Source: Elusimicrobiota bacterium
GTDB taxonomy: Bacteria > Elusimicrobiota > Endomicrobiia > Endomicrobiales > Endomicrobiaceae
Length of the DNA stretch: 29,706 nucleotides
Direction: 5' to 3'
NCBI GenBank assembly: GCA_031256695.1
Contig: JAIRQB010000079.1
Location: 1 to 29,706, forward strand
The notes below the pieces were generated by a model, which worked only from the letters and a program-made list of their open reading frames with translations, had not been told where the DNA came from and did not search any database. The position numbers were made by a program, and so were the translations under genes. This document shows positions 1 to 9,300 of this stretch, piece by piece (within the stretch, counting starts at the first letter, position 1; every line of letters starts with the position of its first letter).

Positions 1-885
1 TAATCCTTCGGCGCCGCTTAAAAGTTGGATTTTAGATTTTGAAGCGTCAAAACGGACAGCGACTTCAGCCTGTTCTCCATATACAGCGCGCCTTAAATAA
101 AACCCAAAATCTAAATCAGTATTTTCATATTTCTTACCGCTTTCAAAACCTAAAAGAGCGCTAATTCTTATATTTGAAATCCCGTCTATCTCAATTTGTC
201 CCGAGTTTGAAATTTTTTCTTGTGTGTTTTCATTTGTCAAAATGGATAAATCCGCGCCCGTAAAGAATTTTGTTTTACCGCTATAAAAATAATCGGCATA
301 AAAAGCCCCTTGAAATAGAGAAGTCTTCATTGGGCTTTTGAGATTAAAAAAACCGTAAGGCGTATCAATATAATTTCTTTCGCTTTCATAATTTTGAATG
401 CTAAAAGAAGCGTTTCCTTTTAAAAAGACGCTATTTCTATCTATTAAAACTTCTTTCATAGCGTATAGTCCGCCTCCAAAAGAATTTGCAAAAGCGGCAT
501 TAGCGCCTTGTTTTAAATCTCTAAATAAGCAAGAGAAAAATATCCCCATAATACCGCCTGAATTTTTACTCAAATCTGCGCCTGCAAGAATTAGAGAATC
601 TCTCTTTTTAAAAATTTCATCGGCAAAATCTATGCCTTTCTGATTATAATGAGAATCAAAATGAAGCCATATTTTAGAGGCGTTTAAAATAGACAGGATT
701 TCGCCGTCTAATCTGTTTAAAACAGCCTCATTTATGCGGTTTTCCATAGAATCTGAAAAAATATCAGTTATAAAAACTCCCTCAACTTGCATCAATTTAT
801 TCTCTGCAGGTTCTGCCGCTTTTAACAAAACGGCTTTTGACGAAATAATCCCCGCTAAAAAGAAAAAAAACAGTATTTTTTTCAT
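1..885 (-). CDS. Autotransporter-type outer-membrane beta-barrel protein, 3' end beyond window (not in ORF track)
   Basis: Manual translation gives 295 open codons from ATG 885 to the window edge, with RBS AAGGAG upstream. Signal peptide MKKILFFFFLAGIISSKA, then alternating beta-strand patterns (LAGADL, GIFFS, SFGGGLYA, YESERN, RISALLG). Confidence 0.7.
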   Translation of the reverse strand, partial: MKKILFFFFLAGIISSKAVLLKAAEPAENKLMQVEGVFITDIFSDSMENRINEAVLNRLDGEILSILNASKIWLHFDSHYNQKGIDFADEIFKKRDSLILAGADLSKNSGGIMGIFFSCLFRDLKQGANAAFANSFGGGLYAMKEVLIDRNSVFLKGNASFSIQNYESERNYIDTPYGFFNLKSPMKTSLFQGAFYADYFYSGKTKFFTGADLSILTNENTQEKISNSGQIEIDGISNIRISALLGFESGKKYENTDLDFGFYLRRAVYGEQAEVAVRFDASKSKIQLLSGAEGL

Positions 886-1028
886 AATAAAACTCCTTTG
901 GCGCTTCCTTGAAGTAGAAAAGAGCAGTTGCGCGAAAAAAATATAAAAACAGCCGCTTATTTAACGCAAATTTGGAAGATTTTATCGCAAAAAATACGCC
1001 AAAACGGCAAAATCCCCCAATTTTAATC

Positions 1029-1058
1029 TTTAAAACAGGGTCGGAAATATGCTATACT
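1029..1058 (+). promoter_or_regulatory. Putative sigma70 promoter of the yggS operon
   Basis: Extended -10 TGcTATACT at 1050-1058, weak -35 TTTAAA at 1029-1034, 33 nt upstream of the yggS ATG. Confidence 0.5.
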
Positions 1059-1091
1059 CCACCATTATTTTAGGCATATTTGAGGTTTTAG

Positions 1092-1787
1092 ATGAAAACT
1101 GTGTCTGAAAACATCAAAAATATAAAAATGATTGTAAAATCAATGCGAAATGCAGTTGAAGGCATAGAAATTGTCGCTATCAGCAAGACTTTTGGAGCAG
1201 ATTTGGTTTTTGAGGCTTTAAAATGCGGTATAACAGATATAGGAGAGAGCAAAATTCAAGAGGCTTTGCCTAAATTTGAGGCGCTTGGCGATAGTCTTAA
1301 AGGCATAAAAAAGCATTTTATAGGACATTTGCAATCAAATAAAGCAAAAAAAGCAGTTGAAAACTTTGATTTAATTCAATCTCTGGATAGTTTAGGTTTG
1401 GCAAAGGAAATAAATAGGCATTCTTATAATATAGGAAAGAAGCAAAACTGCCTGATAGAAGTAAAAGTTTCAAAAGAAATTTCTAAAACGGGCATTGCGC
1501 AGCAAGACATTGACGGCTTTTATAAAGAATGTCTCAATTTCCCTAACATTCTAATCAGCGGGCTTATGCTGATACCGCCTGCAAATGAGGATATTGAGGC
1601 AGCAAGACCTTATTTTAAAAAAGGTTTTAATGTCTTTAATAGTTTAAAAAGCAGTTTCAAAAATGAAAATTTCAAGGTTTTGTCTATGGGAATGTCAGCA
1701 GACTTTAAAATAGCGCTTGAAGAAGGCTCAAATATGATAAGGATAGGCTCTGCTATTTTTGGAGACAGACAATATGCAAATCAATAG
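1092..1787 (+). CDS. yggS: PLP homeostasis protein (YggS family)
   Basis: VAISKT PLP lysine, HFIGHLQSNK, LSMGMSADF, IRIGSAIFG; sits before proC as usual. Confidence 0.95.
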   Translation: MKTVSENIKNIKMIVKSMRNAVEGIEIVAISKTFGADLVFEALKCGITDIGESKIQEALPKFEALGDSLKGIKKHFIGHLQSNKAKKAVENFDLIQSLDSLGLAKEINRHSYNIGKKQNCLIEVKVSKEISKTGIAQQDIDGFYKECLNFPNILISGLMLIPPANEDIEAARPYFKKGFNVFNSLKSSFKNENFKVLSMGMSADFKIALEEGSNMIRIGSAIFGDRQYANQ

Positions 1788-2592
1788 AATTGCTTTTATA
1801 GGCGCGGGCAATTTAGCAAGCGCCTTAATAGAAGGTATTTTGAAAGGCGGAGCGGTAAAATCCTCTGATATTTTCGTAAACGGCAGGGATTTTCAAAAAA
1901 CCTCTGATTTTGCAAAGAAATTCGGCATTAAAGCAGTATCAGATAAAAAAGAGGCTGTTGAAGGCGCTGAAATTGTCTTTTTAACGGTAAAACCGCAAAT
2001 TTTAACTTCTGTCCTTGTTGAAATAGCGCCTTATACGGCACAAAATCAAATAATTGTCTCTGCCGCAGCAGGCATTTCTATAAAGTATATTGAGGATATT
2101 TTAGGCAAAGATATTCCCGTAATAAGAATTATGCCCAATCTTTGTTTTTCAGAAGGCGCTGGCGCCGCTGTTTTTTGCGGGGGGCAAAATACAGCGCAGC
2201 AAGACTTACAAAAAATTGAGTTTTTGTTTTCAAATACAGGTATAGTAAAAAATATAGATGAAAAGTTTTTTGAAGCGGCAGCCGCTCTTTTAGGCTCTGG
2301 TCCCGCTTATATTTTTTATTTTTGCCAAGCGATGGAAGAAGCGGGCATAAAATTAGGGCTTGCGCCTGATATTTCTAAAACTCTTGCTGCGCAAACTGTT
2401 TTTGGGGCGGGCAAAATGCTTTCTGAAAGCGTTTTGAGCGCTGAAGATTTGCGGAAAAAGGTGACTTCCCCTAATGGAATGACATTAAAAGCAATAGAGA
2501 ATTTCCAAAAAAGAGATTTATTCGGCATTGTTTTTGAAAGTATGCTGAAAGCAAAAGAGAGAAGCGTTGAATTAGGACAAACTAAAAAATAA
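1774..2592 (+). CDS. proC: Pyrroline-5-carboxylate reductase
   Basis: FIGAGN Rossmann motif, VKPQ, RIMPN, GSGPAY, VTSP. ATG 1774 (GGAG at 1761-1764) preferred over TTG 1759. Confidence 0.93.
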   Translation: MQINRIAFIGAGNLASALIEGILKGGAVKSSDIFVNGRDFQKTSDFAKKFGIKAVSDKKEAVEGAEIVFLTVKPQILTSVLVEIAPYTAQNQIIVSAAAGISIKYIEDILGKDIPVIRIMPNLCFSEGAGAAVFCGGQNTAQQDLQKIEFLFSNTGIVKNIDEKFFEAAAALLGSGPAYIFYFCQAMEEAGIKLGLAPDISKTLAAQTVFGAGKMLSESVLSAEDLRKKVTSPNGMTLKAIENFQKRDLFGIVFESMLKAKERSVELGQTKK

Positions 2593-2644
2593 ATAAAGAC
2601 CTTATTTCATAAAAAATTACAAAAGGTTTTATACGGAGGCAAAA

Positions 2645-2908
2645 ATGATCATTAAAGTAAGGGTAATACCAAATGCAAAGAGAAATGAAGTAGTCAGCAG
2701 AATAGGCGCTATTTTGAGAGTAAAGGTTTCCGCCCCCGCTGTTGAGGGACAGGCAAATGAAGAATTATGCGAATTTCTATCTGAATTCTTTGATGTAAAA
2801 CGCAGCGAAGTGTTTTTGAGAAAAGGCGAGCGCGGACGTGAAAAAACTATAGAAATAACAGGACGCTCAGAGGAAGAATTAGAGGAAGTTTTAGACACTG
2901 TTCCCTAA
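2645..2908 (+). CDS. yggU: DUF167 (YggU/UPF0235) family protein
   Basis: IKVRVIPNAK...VKVSAPAVEGQAN...REKTIEI pattern; conserved linkage with yggS-proC. Confidence 0.88.
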   Translation: MIIKVRVIPNAKRNEVVSRIGAILRVKVSAPAVEGQANEELCEFLSEFFDVKRSEVFLRKGERGREKTIEITGRSEEELEEVLDTVP

Positions 2909-2937
2909 ACAAAGTTTTAGTTTTGATATAAAAAAGC

Positions 2938-2972
2938 AAAGCGGCTCGCAATTAGATTGTTTGAGCCGCTTT
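2938..2972 (+). terminator. Stem-loop with short U tract between DUF167 and ileS
   Basis: AAAGCGGCTC (2938-2947) pairs with GAGCCGCTTT (2963-2972), followed by TGTATT. Confidence 0.5.
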
Positions 2973-2992
2973 TGTATTAAAAAGAGAATAAA

Positions 2993-5788
2993 ATGGAAGA
3001 AAATAAAAAAGATTATTCAAAAACAGTCAATTTGCCGAAAACTGATTTTCAGATGAAGGCAAATTTGCCGCAAAGAGAGCCTGCTTTAGTTGAAGAGTGG
3101 GAAAAGAATAAAGTTTATCAGCAAATATGCGAAAAGAATAAAGATAAAGAAAAGTTCATTTTCCACGATGGTCCCCCATATGCCAATGGGCATATACATA
3201 TAGGAACTGCCCTAAACAGAATTCTAAAAGACATCATCATCAAATACCGCTCAATGTCAGGGTATTTTGTTCCCTATATACCGGGCTGGGATTGTCACGG
3301 GCTTCCAATAGAACAGCGCGCTTTAAAAGAGTTAAAAACCGATAAAAACAGAGTTGATAAACTCTTATTCCGCAAGCAAGCGGCTGATTTTGCGCGGAAA
3401 TTTTCTGAGATACAGAAAAGCGAATTCAAAAGACTCGGAACTTTTGCCGATTGGGACAATCCTTATCTGACATTACAGCCTAAATTTGAATACTCAATAA
3501 TAAAAGTTTTCGCTTCTCTTGTAGAGCAAGGCTTTGTCTACCGTAAAAATAAAGCGGTCTATTGGTGTCCAACTTGCGAAACTGCTTTGGCTGATGCGGA
3601 AGTGGAATATGACAATCACAAATCAACATCAATCTACGCCAAATTTCAAATAATATCTCTGCCTCAAAGCGCCCCCGCCTTTTTAAAAGATAAAGAAAAT
3701 GAATTGAAAAATTTCAGCGTTCTAATTTGGACTACTACCCCTTGGACATTGCCTGCAAATACGGGTTTGGCTTTTAGCCCGGAGGCAAATTATATTGCCA
3801 CTGTTTTTGATTGCAATGGACGCAGTGAAAATTTAGTAATTGCTAAACCTTTGCTTGAAAATGTCAGCCAAAAAATAGGAGCGCAATCGTTTAAAATTCT
3901 TTTTGAGGCAAAAGGCAAAGACTTTTTAGATATTTGTTGTAAAAATCCTCTTGTGGATACAAAATCCCGCTGTGTTTTAGCGGATTTTGTCAGTATGGAG
4001 GACGGCAGCGGCATAGTGCATATAGCGCCGGGGCACGGACAAGAGGATTATGCTGTAGGCATAGAATATGGTTTGGATATTCTCTCTCCCGTAAATGACA
4101 AAGGATTATTTACAAAGGAAGTTCCTGAATTTGAAAATATAAATGTCTTTAAGGCTACTCAACTCATAGTTGATAAACTCGTCAAAGAAGGCAAAATCCT
4201 TGCCGTTATAGAATTGGAGCATTCTTATCCGCATTGCTGGCGTTGCAAAAAACCGATTATTTTTAGGGCTACTCCTCAATGGTTTGTAAGCATAGACTGC
4301 AATAATTTGAGAGTAAAACTTTTAGACGAAGTAAAAAAAGTCAACTGGATACCTAAATACGGACAGAATAGAATAGGCGGTATGCTTGAGAGCAGACCTG
4401 ATTGGTGTATAAGCCGTCAAAGGCTGTGGGGCGTCCCGATACCGATTTTTTATTGCAAAGATTGCGGAGAACCTCTTGTAGATTTAAAGGTAATTGACCG
4501 CATAGCGGATATTTTTGGCGAGAAAGGCTCTGACGCTTGGGTAGAGATGAGCGAAGATGAATTGTTAAAAGGCATTGATGTCAAATGTCTCTCTTGCGGC
4601 AAAAGTAATTTCAGAAAAGAAAGCGATATTTTAGACGTATGGTTTGATTCAGGCTCTTCTCAAGAGGCTGTTTTATCAAGCGGAAAATATAAAGACCAAA
4701 GTTTTCCCGCAGATTTATATTTAGAAGGCAGCGACCAGCACCGCGGCTGGTTTCATACATCAATAATTTTATCTGTCGCGCAAAAAGGCATAGCGCCTTA
4801 TAAAAATGTTTTAACGCACGGCTTTGTCGTAGACGGTCAAGGCAAAAAAATGTCTAAATCTTCGGGCAATGGAATAGAGAGCGAAGAGTTGATAAAGCAA
4901 TACGGCGCAGACATTGTCCGTTTTTGGACGGCTTCTTCAGATTATAGAGAGGATATAAGAATCTCAACAGAGATTTTAAAAGGACTTAGCGACGGATATA
5001 GAAAAATCAGAAATACAATCAGGTTTATGCTCGGCAATTTGAGCGGTTTTGACATATCAAAAAAAATAGACTTCAAAGATATGCAAGATATAGATAAATA
5101 TGCTTTAAGCCGTCTAAATATCTTAATTGCCCAAGCGGACGCCTCTTATAAAAATTATGAATTCCATAAAATTACGACTTTAATAAATAACTTTTGCGCC
5201 GTTTTTTTGAGCGGCTTTTATCTTGACGCTTTAAAAGACATACTCTATTGCGATAAAACAGACGGCAAAGCGCGTCTTAGCGCTCAAGCGTCTATGTTTG
5301 AAATAACTTCTTGCCTCGTAAAAATTTTATCGCCTATACTTTCTTTTACAGCAGAAGAAGCCTGGAAAGAAATCTCTAAAATAGCGGGGAAAGATTTTAA
5401 ATCCGTGTTTTTGCAAGATATGCCTGTTGCAAATCCAAAATGCATTTTGCCGCCCGAGCAAGAGCAAATATGGGAAAAACTTCTCTCTATTAGAGAAAAA
5501 GTTTTAGAAAGCAATGAAAAATTGCGGCAGGATAAAATTATAGGGTCAAATTTGGAAAGCGCCTTAGAAATTAAATACGGCGCAGATTTTAAAGAAGTTT
5601 TTGATAATGCCGCTTTATTGAATTTAGTTTTAGGGACTTGGGATATAAAATCCTCTTTTGACGCTTCTCAAAATAGTTTTACCGTTTCGTCTGCAAAAAC
5701 ATCTCATCAAAAATGTTTAAGGTGTTGGCGGCATTTAGAAGATATATGCGGCGGATTATGCCCGCGTTGCCGCGAAGCGCTCAAATAA
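2993..5788 (+). CDS. ileS: Isoleucine--tRNA ligase (bacterial type 1)
   Basis: DGPPYANG, HIGT (HIGH variant), WTTTPWT, WCISRQR, EGSDQHRGWF, KMSKS, C-terminal Zn finger CLRC...CPRC. Confidence 0.98.
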   Translation: MEENKKDYSKTVNLPKTDFQMKANLPQREPALVEEWEKNKVYQQICEKNKDKEKFIFHDGPPYANGHIHIGTALNRILKDIIIKYRSMSGYFVPYIPGWDCHGLPIEQRALKELKTDKNRVDKLLFRKQAADFARKFSEIQKSEFKRLGTFADWDNPYLTLQPKFEYSIIKVFASLVEQGFVYRKNKAVYWCPTCETALADAEVEYDNHKSTSIYAKFQIISLPQSAPAFLKDKENELKNFSVLIWTTTPWTLPANTGLAFSPEANYIATVFDCNGRSENLVIAKPLLENVSQKIGAQSFKILFEAKGKDFLDICCKNPLVDTKSRCVLADFVSMEDGSGIVHIAPGHGQEDYAVGIEYGLDILSPVNDKGLFTKEVPEFENINVFKATQLIVDKLVKEGKILAVIELEHSYPHCWRCKKPIIFRATPQWFVSIDCNNLRVKLLDEVKKVNWIPKYGQNRIGGMLESRPDWCISRQRLWGVPIPIFYCKDCGEPLVDLKVIDRIADIFGEKGSDAWVEMSEDELLKGIDVKCLSCGKSNFRKESDILDVWFDSGSSQEAVLSSGKYKDQSFPADLYLEGSDQHRGWFHTSIILSVAQKGIAPYKNVLTHGFVVDGQGKKMSKSSGNGIESEELIKQYGADIVRFWTASSDYREDIRISTEILKGLSDGYRKIRNTIRFMLGNLSGFDISKKIDFKDMQDIDKYALSRLNILIAQADASYKNYEFHKITTLINNFCAVFLSGFYLDALKDILYCDKTDGKARLSAQASMFEITSCLVKILSPILSFTAEEAWKEISKIAGKDFKSVFLQDMPVANPKCILPPEQEQIWEKLLSIREKVLESNEKLRQDKIIGSNLESALEIKYGADFKEVFDNAALLNLVLGTWDIKSSFDASQNSFTVSSAKTSHQKCLRCWRHLEDICGGLCPRCREALK

Positions 5789-6271
5789 ATGAAAAAATAC
5801 TTTTCTCTTTTCCTCTCTGTTTTGGCACTAGACCAAATCTCAAAATTAGCGATTTACAAACTCCTTCCCTACGGCGCTTCAATACAAATAGTAAAACCCC
5901 TTCATTTTTTCTATTTAACCAAAGTCTACAATACGGGCGGCGCTTTCAGTTTCTTTCAAAATCACAATCTCTTTTTTCTTATTTTTATACCGCTTTTTTT
6001 ATTATCCATCGCCCTATACGCTTATAAAGAAAGAGAGAATTTGTCTAAATTTCAAAAGCATTGCCTCTGCATTTTAATAGCGGGCGGAGCGGGCAATTTG
6101 ACAGATAGGATTTTTAGAGGCGCTGTCATAGATTTTTTAGATTTCGGTATAAATAATTTGAGGTGGCCCTCTTTTAATATAGCAGACTCCGCCGTTTGCA
6201 TTTCTGTCTTTCTGCTCGCTATTGATATGTTAAAAACAGCGCTGAAAGACAAAAAGAACTCCTCAAAATAA
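5789..6271 (+). CDS. lspA: Lipoprotein signal peptidase II
   Basis: DQISK, NTGGAFS, GNLTDR, VIDFLD, FNIADS; abuts the ileS stop. Confidence 0.96.
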   Translation: MKKYFSLFLSVLALDQISKLAIYKLLPYGASIQIVKPLHFFYLTKVYNTGGAFSFFQNHNLFFLIFIPLFLLSIALYAYKERENLSKFQKHCLCILIAGGAGNLTDRIFRGAVIDFLDFGINNLRWPSFNIADSAVCISVFLLAIDMLKTALKDKKNSSK

Positions 6272-6311
6272 AAAAGGCGCAGGGCTTATTCTTGCTAATC
6301 CCGCGCCTTTT
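6272..6311. terminator. Bidirectional intrinsic terminator
   Basis: AAAAGGCGC...GCGCCTTTT between convergent lspA and the activase gene. Confidence 0.75.
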
Positions 6312-6332
6312 AACTTTCCAATTTCATTCCTG

Positions 6333-9300
6333 CTATAAAAATCTCACAAAATGCGAAAAGTCTTGCTCCTTATATTTTCTCCTGCCTGTCATCTGTTCTC
6401 TTGCCACGCTCATCATAAGTTTTATTCTATTTATTTGATTTACTTCGCTGGCTCCCGGGTCATAATCTACTGCGGCTATATTTACATCGGCATAACGCCT
6501 CTTTAATTCTTTCATCACTCCCTTCCCCGTAATGTGATTAGGCAGACAGCCGAAGGGCTGAACGCACACTATATTGTTTGCGCCGCTCTCTATAAGTTCA
6601 AGCATTTCTGCAGTAAGAAGCCAGCCTTCTCCGCTTTGATTGCAAACCGAGACAATCTCTGAAACTTTTTCTGCGAGTTGTTTTGTCCTTTCAGACGATT
6701 CAAAATGGACGCTGTTTTTCAAAAACCTTCTAATCATTCCTCTGTGTATTTCTATGATTTTTATAATTGCGCTTGAAATAATTTTCATTTTAAGAGAGCC
6801 CGCAAGATACTTATGCTTGTAGTTGTCGTCTAAAAGGCAATAGATAAAAAAATCAGTCATATCAGGCACTATTGCTTCCGCTCCTTCCTTTTCTAAAACA
6901 GAGACGAGATTATTATTGGCGTCAGGGTGGAATTTCACCAAAATTTCGCCCACAACTCCCACGCGCGGCTTCTTTATATCCCTTATAGGAATTTCGTCAA
7001 ATTCTTTTATTATTTTTTTAATCGTCCTTTTAAATTCAAAATGCCCCGTTTTTCTAATTCTGTCTGATAAATGAATAAGCCATTTTTCAGTTAAATTTTC
7101 AGTCTGCCCCGTATTTATTTCATATGGTCTCATTCTATTTGAGAGCCGCATAAGAAGGTCGCCGTATAATAGGACGAGCATAACGTCTTTAATTAAACCC
7201 ATAGAAAACCCGAGACTATTGCTGGCAGACGAATTTGTAACCCCCAGCGAAATTATAGGGACATTTTTAAAACCCGCCTTTTCAGCCGCTTTCCTTAAAA
7301 AAGCGCCGTAATTTGTAGCGCGGCAGCCGCCGCCCGTTTGAGAGATAATTAAAGCGGTTTTATTTAAATCATATTTGCCTGATTTTAAAGCATTGATTAA
7401 CTGCCCCACTACCACTATAGTGGGATAGCAAGCGTCATTGTTGACATAGCGCAAACCTTCTTCAATATCCTTTTTGCCCACATTAGGCAAGACTTCTAAA
7501 TTGATTTTGTGTTTTCTCATTACAGCGCCTGCGAGTTTAAAATGCACGGGCGACATTTGAGGGCATAAAATCGTATAGGATTCTTTCATCTCTTTTGTAA
7601 ATTCTTTAAATTCAGAGCCTCTAAAAATTTCTTTTGAAGTCCGCAGCCCCTTCCTTTCCTTTATCGCCGCAAGCAAAGAGCGTATTCTTATCTTTACAGC
7701 GCCTAAATTAGCGCCTTCGTCTATTTTTAAAACTGTATAAATTTTGCCCGACTTTGAAAGGATTTCCTCTGTCTGCTCTGTAGTTATAGCGTCAAGCCCG
7801 CAGCCGAAAGAATTTAATTGAATAAGTTCAACGCTGTCTAAACTTGCCGCCAAAACAGCCGCTCTGTAAAGGCGCGAATGATACATCCATTGGTCAACAA
7901 AATTCAGCGGAGGCAAATGCCCCGCTAAATGAGCGACAGAATCTTCGCTCAAAACAATCATCTGATAAGAGGCTATTAAATCAGCAATGCCGTGGTTTAT
8001 AGCGGGGTCTATGTGATAAGGTCTGCCTGCAAGAATTACGGCAGGCTGCCCTGTTTTCCTTATCTCTTTTATAAGAGCGGCGCCTGTTTTGCGAATATCT
8101 TTTTTGAATAAATTTAAAGCCGCCCGCCCCTTTAAAACGGCAAAAGCGAGTTCTTTTTTTGTGAGTTTATACTCTTTTAATTCTTGATGCAGGCGGAAAA
8201 TCAATCTTTTGAGATTGTCAAAAGGCAAGAAAGGCTCAATGAACTTCACTCCTTGCGTCTCTAAAATATCCATATTTAGCCTAATTACTTCCGGGTATCC
8301 GCCTACGACGGGGCAATTATAATGATTGTCAGCATCTTTAAATTCTCTCACTTCAAAAGGAATACAAGGATAAAAAATGGTTTTAAGACCTTTTTTGACG
8401 AGATTTTCTATATGCCCGTGAACCATTTTCGCGGGGAAACACACAGTTTGCGAAGGTATGCTTTCAAGCCCGCTATTGAAGAGTTCATTTGAGGAAGGGT
8501 CTGACAAAACTACTCTAAAACCCAAAGAGGTAAAAAAGGCAAACCAGAAAGGATAATTTTCATACATATTTAAAGCGCGCGGCATTCCGATTTCTCCGCG
8601 TCGGGCTTTTTCTATAGGCAGAGGCTTATAATAATCAAAAAGCCTTTTGTATTTATAATCAAACATATTGAAGGCGAAATTGTTTATTTTTTTATCTTTC
8701 AAAGCGTTTTCACATCTATTGCCTGATATAAAGGTTTTACCCTCCGGAAATACCGCTATATTTAAAAGACATTTATTTTCACAGCCTTTGCAGCGCGTAT
8801 TTCTCATTTTGAAAGAAAAAGTTTCTAATTTTTCCCGCGATATTAAAGAAGTATTTCCTTTTGTATTTTGCAGCGCTATAAGACTTGCGCCGAAAGCCCC
8901 CATATATCCTGCTATATCAGGGCGCGAAATTTCAGCGTTTAAAAGGATTTCAGCCGCCCGCAAAACTCCATTATTAAAAAAAGTCCCGCCTTGGACTACG
9001 ATATTTTTCCCCAATTCCTCCGCTGTTGAAATTTTTATAACTTTATACAGAGCGTTTTTTATAACGGAATAATCAAGCCCAGCCGATATATCGGCGGCAG
9101 ACGCCCCCTCTTTTTGCGCTTGTTTGATTTTAGAATTCATAAAAACAGTGCAGCGCGAGCCTAAATCTACGGGAGTTTTAGATTTTAAAGCAAGAGTTGC
9201 GAAATCTCTCACATTGTAATTTAGGCTTTTGGCGAAATTTTCAATAAAAGAGCCGCAGCCTGAAGAACAGGCTTCATTTAAAATTATTTTGTCTATCAGC

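Noticed and set aside
2909-2992. T-box leader of ileS
   Set aside because: Only 84 nt are available, with no T-box GGTGG-ACC consensus or specifier stem.
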